The translations under genes were made by a program, and so were the position numbers. A model generated the notes under the pieces. It saw nothing but the letters and a program-made list of their open reading frames with translations, searched no databases and was not told the origin of the DNA. A stretch of DNA of 64,000 bases from Candidatus Doudnabacteria bacterium (GTDB taxonomy: Bacteria; Patescibacteriota; Doudnabacteria; UBA920): assembly GCA_016218585.1 (NCBI GenBank), contig JACRDK010000010.1, forward strand, positions 4,974 through 68,973, written 5' to 3'. Numbering within the stretch: the stretch's first letter is position 1; every line of letters begins with the position of its first letter. Positions 55,297-64,000 of the stretch are shown here, piece after piece.

Positions 55297-57444
55297 ATGG
55301 ATTTATCATCTTTAAATGAAAAACAAAAAGAAGCAGTCACTGCGCCAATGGGCGCAGTATTGTTGCTAGCCGGTCCCGGCAGCGGCAAAACCAAGACTTT
55401 AACCAACCGCATTGCTTATATTATAGAGAAGAAAATGGTGAAGCCGGAAAACATTTTGGCTTTAACCTTTACCAACAAAGCGGCCAAAGAAATGCGTGAA
55501 CGGGTAGGCAAACTTTTGGTTGGCCACAAGGCCGCATCGGACAGCCTGACCATGGGCACCTTTCACGCGGTTTGCGCCAAAATTTTGCGGCACGAAATCC
55601 AGGCTTTGGGTTACGGCAATAATTTTGTAATTTTTGATTCCGACGATCAGCAAAAAACAATAAAGGAAATTTTGGAAGACTTGCGCATAGACAGCAAAAA
55701 GCTGCCGGCCCAGATGTTTGGGGCGCTAATTTCCCGCGGCAAAAATTTATTGCAGACTCCGGGAGAGCTAAATTTGGGGCTGGATTCGCCGCTAAAGGAA
55801 CATGTGGCCGAGGTTTACGCCCGTTATCAGGACGCGCTGTTTAAACAGAATGCCCTGGATTTTGACGATTTGCTAATGCTCACGGTAAAGATTTTTGAAA
55901 ATTATCCGAAAATTTTAACCAAGTACCAGAAAAAGTTCACCTATATATTAGTGGACGAATATCAGGACACTAACCAGGCGCAGTATTTGCTGCTGTCTAT
56001 GCTTGCTACTTCGCGCAATATTTTTGTGGTGGGCGACGATGCCCAGAGCATTTATAAGTTCCGCGGTTCGGACATTACCAATATTTTGAATTTTGAGAAA
56101 GATTATCCGGAAGCCTTGGTAATTAAGCTTGAGCAAAACTATCGCAGCACCAAAAATATTCTGGAAGCGGCGCAAAAAGTCATTGAGCTAAATCCGGAAC
56201 AAAAGCCAAAAACTTTATGGACGGAGAATCCCCAGGGGGAAAAAATTATTTTAACCTGCGAACAAGACGAGCGCGGCGAGGCTGAATTTGTGGCTAAAAC
56301 CATTGTCCAGCTGGCCGGGCACGAGGAGAAAGAGTTGGAGTACAAGGCCGAAGAGGCTCCAAAAAAAGGCTATAGCATTTTGGACCGGTTTATTATGGCC
56401 AAGAGAATGCAGGCGAAATATTCGGAAAACTTTACCTTAGGGCGCGGTGTTTTGCCGCAATTGCCAAAACAACACGATCCGCTAACCGAGTATTGCATAC
56501 TTTATCGCACGCACGCGCAAAGCCGAAGCATAGAAGAAGCGTTAATTGAAGCCTCTATTCCGTATCAAATTGTCGGCGGCTTAAAGTTTTATGACCGCAA
56601 AGAAATAAAAGATATGCTTGCCTATTTGCGCCTGGTGGTGAATTATCGAGATTTAGTTTCTTTAAAGCGCGTAATTAACGAGCCGCCAAGGGGTTTGGGC
56701 GACAAATCTTACGCTGTTATCCGCGATTTTATTTTAAATTTGAATTCCGGAGGTAAAGAGTTTGGCTTAAAAGATTTTCGCACGGCTTTTGCCGAAGTTA
56801 AATTGCAGCCAAAAGCTTACAACTCAGCCATTGAGTTTTTTGCCGTGCTGGAAGAATTGGCCGATTTTAATGACCAGTTCGGTTTGCCGGAATTAATGCG
56901 CCTAATTACGCGCCGGACCGGCTATGAGCGTTATGTAAAAGATGGCAGCGAGAAAGGGGATTCGCGCTGGGAGAACGTGGAAGAATTAATTAATGTTGCT
57001 CACAAGTTTAAAAACCTGCCGTGGCGGCAGGCGCTGCAGGATTTTTTGGAAGAGGTGGCGCTGCTTGCGGAAATTGACCAGAAGGACGACGCGCGGGACG
57101 TGGTGACTTTAATGACCCTGCACTCAGCAAAGGGTTTGGAATTTGATAACGTTTTTTTTGTCGGGCTGGAAGAGGGAATTTTGCCGCACTCCCGCAGCCT
57201 TATAAATCCGGACGAGCTCTCCGAAGAGGTTCGCCTGGCTTATGTTGGGCTCACCCGCGCGCGCAAACGCCTGTTTTTAATTTATACGCAAAACCGCCGC
57301 GTCTTTGGCAACTTGCAAATAAACCAGCCTTCGCGTATTTTAAAGGTGCTGCCAAAAACTGCGGTAGAGTTTAAAGGTTTGGCCAAAGACCACTTTAAGG
57401 AAGTTGAACAAGGAGAACTTACGGTAGAGCCAATGGAATTTTAA
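55297..57444 (+). CDS. pcrA: UvrD/PcrA helicase
   Basis: AGPGSGKT, TFTNKAA, VDEYQD, GDDAQSIY, LEQNYRS, HSAKGLEF. Confidence 0.95.
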   Translation: MDLSSLNEKQKEAVTAPMGAVLLLAGPGSGKTKTLTNRIAYIIEKKMVKPENILALTFTNKAAKEMRERVGKLLVGHKAASDSLTMGTFHAVCAKILRHEIQALGYGNNFVIFDSDDQQKTIKEILEDLRIDSKKLPAQMFGALISRGKNLLQTPGELNLGLDSPLKEHVAEVYARYQDALFKQNALDFDDLLMLTVKIFENYPKILTKYQKKFTYILVDEYQDTNQAQYLLLSMLATSRNIFVVGDDAQSIYKFRGSDITNILNFEKDYPEALVIKLEQNYRSTKNILEAAQKVIELNPEQKPKTLWTENPQGEKIILTCEQDERGEAEFVAKTIVQLAGHEEKELEYKAEEAPKKGYSILDRFIMAKRMQAKYSENFTLGRGVLPQLPKQHDPLTEYCILYRTHAQSRSIEEALIEASIPYQIVGGLKFYDRKEIKDMLAYLRLVVNYRDLVSLKRVINEPPRGLGDKSYAVIRDFILNLNSGGKEFGLKDFRTAFAEVKLQPKAYNSAIEFFAVLEELADFNDQFGLPELMRLITRRTGYERYVKDGSEKGDSRWENVEELINVAHKFKNLPWRQALQDFLEEVALLAEIDQKDDARDVVTLMTLHSAKGLEFDNVFFVGLEEGILPHSRSLINPDELSEEVRLAYVGLTRARKRLFLIYTQNRRVFGNLQINQPSRILKVLPKTAVEFKGLAKDHFKEVEQGELTVEPMEF

Positions 57445-57448
57445 TATT

Positions 57449-57514
57449 TTTACCAATATACTAATCTTATTACCTTCTAAATTGGTATATTAGTATAAAT
57501 TCGTATTTAGTAAA
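57449..57514. repeat. TACTAAT inverted-repeat element copy 3 (left arm shortened)
   Basis: TTTACCAATATACTAAT ... ATTGGTATATTAGTATAAATTCGTATTTAGTAAA. Confidence 0.8.
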
Positions 57515-57528
57515 TACAGAAAGATTTT

Positions 57529-58362
57529 ATGAATGTAGAACAATTAAAAAATTTATTAAGAAGCAACGGACTTAAACCCAACTTTACCTATGGGCAGAAT
57601 TTTTTAATTGATGAAATTGCTTTGCAGGACATTGTTGACTCCGCCGGGATTACAAATAAAACCGCGGTTCTGGAAATTGGCCCCGGCATCGGCAATATGA
57701 CTAAGCTGCTATGCGAGCGCGCGGGGTTTGTTTTGGCAATTGAAAAAGATCCTAAGTTTGTTCAGATCCTCCATAACATAAAAAAAGATTTCCGCAAAAA
57801 TTTTCGTTTTGAAATCGCCGATGCGCTGGAATTTAATTTTCAGGATTTTTTTAAAGACGAAGGCTTTGACTCTTACATTGTGGTGGCAAATATCCCATAC
57901 TACATTACCGGAAAAATTTTGCAGATGCTGATGACCGCAAAATTTAAACCCGACAGCATTACTGTGCTCACGCAAAAAGAAGTGGCGCAGAACGTCTGCG
58001 CCAAAGCAGGGGACTTGTCCGTGCTGGCAATTTCCGTTCAGCTCTTTGGCACGCCGGAGTTGGTGCAGGTTGTGCCGGCCAGAAGTTTTTATCCGGCGCC
58101 AAAAGTTGACAGCGCGGTTTTAAAAATTACTTTGGACAAAAAACAGAGGTATGATATTGCCGACGAAAAAAGATTTTTTAAAATTGTCAAAGCCTGTTTC
58201 TCCGGAAAGAGAAAACAAATCCATAACACGCTGGCAAATAATTTGGGGATAGAAAAAACCCGAGCGATGGAAATTTTAAGTGAACTTAGAATTAAACCAG
58301 CTAGCAGGCCGCAGGAGCTAACGATTGAAGATTGGATCCGATTAGTCGAAAAAATTAAATAA
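57529..58362 (+). CDS. rsmA: 16S rRNA dimethyladenosine transferase
   Basis: GQNFL, LEIGPGIG, VANIPYYIT, PAPKVDSAV. Confidence 0.96.
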   Translation: MNVEQLKNLLRSNGLKPNFTYGQNFLIDEIALQDIVDSAGITNKTAVLEIGPGIGNMTKLLCERAGFVLAIEKDPKFVQILHNIKKDFRKNFRFEIADALEFNFQDFFKDEGFDSYIVVANIPYYITGKILQMLMTAKFKPDSITVLTQKEVAQNVCAKAGDLSVLAISVQLFGTPELVQVVPARSFYPAPKVDSAVLKITLDKKQRYDIADEKRFFKIVKACFSGKRKQIHNTLANNLGIEKTRAMEILSELRIKPASRPQELTIEDWIRLVEKIK

Positions 58363-58448
58363 AGTTTTTATTTCCAAAACAAAATAAACCCCAATGTTGA
58401 AATTCGACATTGGGGTTTATTAATTATTTAGAAATTAGAATAATTAGG

Positions 58449-58952
58449 TTAATTAGAATAATTTACCAGAGAGACATCGTCGCCGGTTTTTATTTCGTGT
58501 TTATTGCTCCAGCCGGAGTTGACTTCTAAAACCTGAGTTATAGGAGCGGGAGGGGAGTATAATGGAAAATTTCCAATTTCCAATTTCCAATTTCCAATTG
58601 GCGCATGCACATTCGGTGTAATGCCAATTATTTTTTTGTCCGCAATCCAAATTAAATCCAAGTCAAACTTCATATCTTTCATCCAAAAAGTCGGCGCGGT
58701 TTTTTCTTTGCCGAAGTCAAAAAGCATTCCGTTGTTTTCCGCCAAGGATTCCCGGTTAGACAATCCGTCCTGCATTTTTTTTGAGTCGCTAACTACTTCT
58801 ACAAATAAAATTTCTTTGCCAACTTGCAGCTTGTGCGAATAATCGTAAGCCGGCTTGATGTTATTTGCAGGGGACAGGTTGCCGCTGGAACAGGAAACAG
58901 CAAAAAATACTAAACAGAAAAAAATACCAATTTTTTTAATTATTAACTCCAT
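58449..58952 (-). CDS. DUF192-family lipoprotein with an in-frame TTTCCAA repeat
   Basis: Lipobox AVSC; GLS.R...GMLF.F, FWMKDM, VLEVNSG; repeat at 58568-58599. Confidence 0.85.
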   Translation of the reverse strand: MELIIKKIGIFFCLVFFAVSCSSGNLSPANNIKPAYDYSHKLQVGKEILFVEVVSDSKKMQDGLSNRESLAENNGMLFDFGKEKTAPTFWMKDMKFDLDLIWIADKKIIGITPNVHAPIGNWKLEIGNFPLYSPPAPITQVLEVNSGWSNKHEIKTGDDVSLVNYSN

Positions 58953-59189
58953 AATTCTTGATTTAAAATTCTTTATTCTAAATTTATAATACATTATTCC
59001 GGTTGGGCTTGCAAAATTAGTTTAGATGTGCTATAATAAGTATAGTTAAGTGAGAAAACAGCGAGAAACCAAAAGAAAAATACAATTTAATCAAAGGGTT
59101 TTAAACGCAGCTAATTCCGTTTTGGAATTTTTTGTCATGTCTAAAACAGAGCGTTTGGAAAATAAAATCCTTGAAAAAAATTTAGGAAA

Positions 59190-59549
59190 ATGAATCAAAA
59201 TAAATTCAAAATTTCTGTATTTAGTTTAGCAGCTACTTTAGTTGTAGCGGTTTCATTGTTTTCGCCAATGCCGGCAAGGGCTGCCGCGGTAGGCGGTAGA
59301 TTTATGCCAGGCTTATTTGATATTTTTACTCCTAACATTCTGCTCCCAAGTTGCGGTTTAACTGTCGGTGTTATTGGCACAAACGGAATTCCAAAACTAT
59401 ATTCTTGGATTCCAACAATGATTTACGATTTTTTTCCATACACCATAAGCCATATTGGCAATAGCATGCTGGGTTTGGCAACAGATTTCCCGGTTGCCGG
59501 ATGTCCCTACCCAACCTTATATTTAACCGGCTCTAGCATCGCACCATAA
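59190..59549 (+). CDS. Small secreted protein
   Basis: Signal peptide ending ARA; Cys pair. Confidence 0.7.
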   Translation: MNQNKFKISVFSLAATLVVAVSLFSPMPARAAAVGGRFMPGLFDIFTPNILLPSCGLTVGVIGTNGIPKLYSWIPTMIYDFFPYTISHIGNSMLGLATDFPVAGCPYPTLYLTGSSIAP

Positions 59550-59579
59550 ATAACTTACAAAATTGTAAACAAAAATAAA

Positions 59580-60335
59580 ATGGAAAACATAAATTCAAAT
59601 TATCAAGAAGCAATTCCAAACCAAGGTTTAACCCTTGGCCATTTGGGAATAGTTTTTGCCACCATACTTTTGTTGCTGGGAATTTCCTGGATGAAAAATC
59701 CGGCGTTGTTTGCTTTTCATAAAAATCAACAGCCGCAAAATTTTGCGGACGTTCCCCGCTACTATGCTTATGTCTCGCCAGCCGAAGATGCGCAGCCTCT
59801 TGTAGCCGGAGCTAACACTAACGACGTCGCCAGTTTAATAAATGAAGACGGCAGTGTTTCGCCGGTTGATATGGGACAGGTTTTAGGAGCGAGTACCGAA
59901 GATGTTGTGTTGTCGCTTGATGATGTTAAAGTAAAAACTTTTAAAGATTCGCCGGAGGCTATTCAAAAATATTTTGCCGACACGCAGAGCATTGAAAATG
60001 GTCCCATTGACGGAACAGAATTTGAAGCTGCTTTGTCTTCCGGAAACCAATCAAGAATAGACAGCCAGGTTAAAACTATGGAAGCAATAAAAAATAATTT
60101 GCAGAGCTTAAGCGTCCCGGAGAGTTTGGCCAAGCTGCACAAATTAAAAATAATTCAATTTGCTTCGGCAATAGGCGTGCTGCAGAATTTTACCAAAGCA
60201 GATGAGAGCCCGGAATTGGTAGGGAAGTACTTGCAGGAGTTTTTAAAAAGCCAACAAGATTTGGATACCGAAAGCGCGGCGGTCCAACAAAAATATAATT
60301 TAACCGACGCCCAACTTTTCAATGCACAACAATAA
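59580..60335 (+). CDS. Single-TM protein with a VLGA motif
   Basis: TM, GQVLGAST, helical C-terminal domain. Confidence 0.75.
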   Translation: MENINSNYQEAIPNQGLTLGHLGIVFATILLLLGISWMKNPALFAFHKNQQPQNFADVPRYYAYVSPAEDAQPLVAGANTNDVASLINEDGSVSPVDMGQVLGASTEDVVLSLDDVKVKTFKDSPEAIQKYFADTQSIENGPIDGTEFEAALSSGNQSRIDSQVKTMEAIKNNLQSLSVPESLAKLHKLKIIQFASAIGVLQNFTKADESPELVGKYLQEFLKSQQDLDTESAAVQQKYNLTDAQLFNAQQ

Positions 60336-62214
60336 AACAAAAATCTTTGTAGCCGCTGTTTTACTTTTTGTCGAACTGGCAGTTTTTCCATTGTCGGCTC
60401 TGGCGCAAATTCCTTCTATAAATCCGGTGCCGACTTCAGACTCGGCTTTGGGAAGCGGGGGAATTACCGGTACTGCTGCTAACACCGCGGCAGCTTCGGC
60501 TTTATCCGGTGTTGATGTGGCCAACAAAAGCTGTGCAACGGCTGAGGCTGCGTACGAAACAACAGACAACGCGGCGCAGTTAGGTTTTTCCGGTTTGAGT
60601 ATAATTGGCGGCGACTCAGTTTTGCTCGGACAGCTTACCGCTAAAATAAATGCTTACAAAGGATTTATAACTTGCAGGCAGGGCGTTTTGGATTCGGTTA
60701 GAGCCGTTGTATCGCCAAATATTTATACCAGCAATTTAAAACAAAGAATGGAAGATCAGCAAATCGCTGCAATTGCGGCGTGGCGCGTGAAAATGGAAAA
60801 TGCGCAGGCGCGTTACAACAATGCCAAGCAGGGTTTTTGGAAAACTTTGGTTTTTAATATTTTAATTAAAACTAGCAAAGCGGTTGCCACATCTTTAGTG
60901 CAAAAGTTGGTTAGCAATTACAAAGTGCGCAACATAATGCAATACACGGATTCGGTTGCCACGTTAATGTACGACAACCAGTTTATCCGCCAGAATTTTC
61001 CGAATGCCGAAGGCCAGTTTATGGCCAGAGCAATTTTGGAGAATCCGCTTGTTAGAAATAAAGTGCCGTCCGCGGTATTTATAGCGGCCGACAACGCTTT
61101 AGGCTTTGATCCAAGCACTGTAAACGTGAACGATCCAAATTTTTATACTAAAATGTCGGCAGTGGGCAGCACGGTTGCTAATCCATATTTTCAGCATACT
61201 ACTAATATTGGCGGCGTAGACCAGGCCAGAGCCGCTTCTTTGGCTTATGCTCAGCAACAGGTAGCCCAAAGCAGTGGGCTTAAGACGCCGGTGACTTGCG
61301 CCGGCAGCATGGCTAATCAACAGTCAGTTGATGCCAGATACAAAGCAGCCAGCAATAAATTTGATGACCGCTGGGCGCTGCTAAGGAATTTACAGCAGGC
61401 AAAAGAACTTGGGCAGCCGGTTTCCGATTCCGACTTAGCTAAAGCTCAGGCGGATTTTGACCAAGCCAGAACAGCATTACAAGTTTTGCCGCAGGCCGTT
61501 AACACTCCCGCTACAACAATTTGTGAAGCGATAGTTTCTCCGCCAAGCTTAATTAATAAAGGCATAGACCAGGCGTTTGAAGCTATTGGCATAAATATGA
61601 AGCAGTATAATGACAATAATTTACCGGGCTTTATGAGCATGATTGGCGACGTAGCTTCACAAATTGGTTCCAGCTTAATATTTGGCGGAGTTGATGGAGC
61701 CAAGAGCGCGGCGTTAATTAATGAAGAAAGAGTTGCCAAAGGAGCGGTACAGGCAGGGACAGAAGCGCTGTACAGCAACGCTTCGGAAAATTTGGCTAAA
61801 GGAATTGAACTTTCCGCTTACTCCAACGATGCCGGAACTTGGTATGATTTGTATTGGGATATTGTTCCTCTTTCGGTTTTAGATGGAAAAGTGAGCTTTG
61901 TTACCATTGCTGGCGAGGGTGTGTCTGCTACAAAAATTGATCCAACTACCAAAGCATCAGTGCCAAATAAGCAACCGCCTTCGGGTTCGGTTAGAGTTTA
62001 TCCAACCAAGAGTGGTCCTTACATTATTACAGTTTTTGACGCCAACGGCAGAGCTATAACCTCAGCGACAATGAATTTAACAGTAACTGGAACGCAGCCT
62101 CAGGCATATAACAACAATTCGCAAACAGCGGTACTCGGAGCTTTTACCGACAAGCCAAGCTTAAATATTCGCGGCGGCAATGAGTCCATACACCCAAGAG
62201 GCCTAATGCCGTAG
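60322..62214 (+). CDS. Large secreted helical protein
   Basis: Signal peptide ending ALA; terminator at 62229-62262. Confidence 0.75.
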   Translation: MHNNKTKIFVAAVLLFVELAVFPLSALAQIPSINPVPTSDSALGSGGITGTAANTAAASALSGVDVANKSCATAEAAYETTDNAAQLGFSGLSIIGGDSVLLGQLTAKINAYKGFITCRQGVLDSVRAVVSPNIYTSNLKQRMEDQQIAAIAAWRVKMENAQARYNNAKQGFWKTLVFNILIKTSKAVATSLVQKLVSNYKVRNIMQYTDSVATLMYDNQFIRQNFPNAEGQFMARAILENPLVRNKVPSAVFIAADNALGFDPSTVNVNDPNFYTKMSAVGSTVANPYFQHTTNIGGVDQARAASLAYAQQQVAQSSGLKTPVTCAGSMANQQSVDARYKAASNKFDDRWALLRNLQQAKELGQPVSDSDLAKAQADFDQARTALQVLPQAVNTPATTICEAIVSPPSLINKGIDQAFEAIGINMKQYNDNNLPGFMSMIGDVASQIGSSLIFGGVDGAKSAALINEERVAKGAVQAGTEALYSNASENLAKGIELSAYSNDAGTWYDLYWDIVPLSVLDGKVSFVTIAGEGVSATKIDPTTKASVPNKQPPSGSVRVYPTKSGPYIITVFDANGRAITSATMNLTVTGTQPQAYNNNSQTAVLGAFTDKPSLNIRGGNESIHPRGLMP

Positions 62215-62412
62215 TCTATAATCAATTTAAAAACCCATCCCGATAAACCGGGATGGGTTTTTAAATTTGGGCCTGTGGAAGAGCGGAAAAAGTTGCGTTA
62301 AATGTCCCAAAATCGGCATAGTTGCAAAATTTTGTGTTTTAAAAAAGTTTATGGTATAATTTTAAGGTAATTTGGAAGCAAAAAGCAACAATCTTTAAGC
62401 TTTTTTAATACC

Positions 62413-64000
62413 TTGTTAAAGAAATTAAAAATAAACAATAAATTTTACGGCAAAGATATTCAAGGCAACATTCGCGCATTAAAGGCCTGGCTTTCTAAGC
62501 TTGCTTTTACTGGACTGGTTGCTTTGTTTATAATTGGTCCGGTTTTGTATTTTACAAAACCGGCTCTTGCCGCTAATTGTACGACTTCTACTATTGGAAC
62601 TGATCAGCACACTATTTGCGATGGATTAAGTGTTTCTTTTACAGATTCCGTAGGCGGTTCGATAACCGAGGCTCATCTTGGAGATACAATTTATGTTAAA
62701 CTGACAAGCCCTTCTTCAGTTGCTGGACAGCCTCAATTTTATGTAGGATTATGTTCCGGCCTTAATGATTTTACTAATTGCGCAACAGCTTCGGGCAAAA
62801 TAGCATCAGTAAATGGTTCAGTAAATCAAAGCTCGGCTACTATAGCTGTAAGCCTTGGTTCAGGGGGCAAATTAAACTCGGCACAAAAGTATTCAATTGG
62901 CGGATTAATGCAGTTGGCAACTATTAACAGCGGAGGCACATTCTCAACCGTTACCTATAAAGATACTGTTGGGGTAGCAACGTTAACGGTATTGCCGGCG
63001 CAAAACACAGGAGTTGCAACTCTTAAGGCAGTTGAATCTTCCCGCACTTATGATTCCACAATAACATCTGCTTATACATCCGGTTCAGTAAACTTAAATA
63101 TGGCGGCTACGTATTCAAATGGCGGCACCACCAAAACCCTTTCCTCGTATACATATGATTGTGGAAATAATTCCGGTGTTCAGACTTCCAGTGCAGGTAG
63201 TACAATGAGCTTTAAGTGTACATACCCATCTACGTCGACCAGTAGTCCAAAAACTTATCAAGTTACTGTGGTTGGAAGCTTGAGTGATGGCACTAAAACT
63301 CAGCCCGGGGTAACGTCAATTACCATTACAGGAAATGAAGCTGGTCAGAGCCCCGGCCAAGCGGCGGCGCAAAATACAAATAAATCGACTCCTGGAATCG
63401 CGGCGATTATAAATGAGATTTTAGGAACATTAATTGGTCTGGTACAAGAATTTGTATACGCGGTGTTCTTTTACTTAATTGCACCGCTTATCCAGGCGAT
63501 GCTGTCTATTCATGTTTATACTGATACATTTGCAGCTGTAATTTATCCGGGCTGGGAAGTTGTTAGAAATATTTGCAACATATTTTTCGTTATTGCGCTT
63601 ATTATAATTGCAATGGCAACCTTGTTTAGAGTGGACAGCTATCAGTTTAGGTCTTTGCTGGTTCAGTTAATTTTGGCGGCTTTAATGGTTAATTTTAGCT
63701 TGGTAATTGCCCAGGCGATTTTAGGTTTGGCAGACACTATCCAAGCACAATTTTTACCAAGCAATGTGGAGGTTATTAGGTCGCTCGCTAAAGATTTAAT
63801 GGTAAATACTTATAGAGATATCTATTATCAAAATCCATTTGGTGATTCATCTTTTTCAGGTATTGTTAAGCCGTTGTTCTTTTTAGCATTGGCCCTAGGC
63901 AGTTTTACAGTATTTGCAGCTATTGCCGCGTTTTTGGTTATTAGAATTGTGGCTTTGTGGGTTTTGCTTTTAATTTCTCCAATAGCATATGCGGCAGGCG
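62413..64000 (+). CDS. Partial polytopic membrane protein, VirB6/TrbL-like CPR family (runs off the window; not in ORF track)
   Basis: Open frame from TTG 62413 to the end; GWEVVRNICNIFF...LILAALMVNFS...RIVALWVLLLISPIAY. Confidence 0.8.
   Translation, partial: MLKKLKINNKFYGKDIQGNIRALKAWLSKLAFTGLVALFIIGPVLYFTKPALAANCTTSTIGTDQHTICDGLSVSFTDSVGGSITEAHLGDTIYVKLTSPSSVAGQPQFYVGLCSGLNDFTNCATASGKIASVNGSVNQSSATIAVSLGSGGKLNSAQKYSIGGLMQLATINSGGTFSTVTYKDTVGVATLTVLPAQNTGVATLKAVESSRTYDSTITSAYTSGSVNLNMAATYSNGGTTKTLSSYTYDCGNNSGVQTSSAGSTMSFKCTYPSTSTSSPKTYQVTVVGSLSDGTKTQPGVTSITITGNEAGQSPGQAAAQNTNKSTPGIAAIINEILGTLIGLVQEFVYAVFFYLIAPLIQAMLSIHVYTDTFAAVIYPGWEVVRNICNIFFVIALIIIAMATLFRVDSYQFRSLLVQLILAALMVNFSLVIAQAILGLADTIQAQFLPSNVEVIRSLAKDLMVNTYRDIYYQNPFGDSSFSGIVKPLFFLALALGSFTVFAAIAAFLVIRIVALWVLLLISPIAYAAG

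Noticed and set aside
1742-61778. Numerous short ORFs overlapping or antisense to long genes in the track
   Set aside because: Shadow frames of well-supported CDSs with no independent signals
1-64000. Alternative genetic code (UGA=Gly) or a diversity-generating retroelement
   Set aside because: Conserved genes are intact in code 11 and TGA ends genes; no reverse transcriptase or adenine-specific TR/VR pair seen (repeat mismatches are not A-restricted)

Overview
64-kb window of a low-GC bacterial chromosome using genetic code 11. Gene content suggests a Patescibacteria/CPR organism (inference: SD-less housekeeping genes, VLGA-motif secreted proteins, VirB6/TrbL-like membrane proteins, IleRS2). 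Core genes: infC-rpmI-rplT, ssrA (tmRNA), smpB, argS, ileS, recO, pcrA/uvrD, rsmA, cspA, transporters (NRAMP, CDF, YhhQ, AEC), sdpR/sdpI, PadR/PspC, an ECF sigma/anti-sigma pair, a class F sortase with its substrate, and a 2361-aa dockerin-bearing esterase/lyase. Highlights: (1) An ~11-kb integrase-free array of self-contained gene cassettes lies between the anti-sigma 3' end and the ssrA 3' end. Its promoter, terminator and 38-bp palindrome linker modules are duplicated and reshuffled around a recurrent GGAAAGGGGAG core. (2) ORFan genes carry strong AGGAGG SDs, while housekeeping genes do not. (3) Degenerate 7-8-nt-unit hairpin elements sit in many spacers and in-frame inside argS, ileS and a DUF192 gene. 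(4) A structured ncRNA candidate is transcribed divergently from ssrA. (5) Several small ORFs are missing from the ORF track, and a nonsense-disrupted HEPN-like gene is present. No CRISPR array, tRNA, rRNA, integrase or transposase was recognised.
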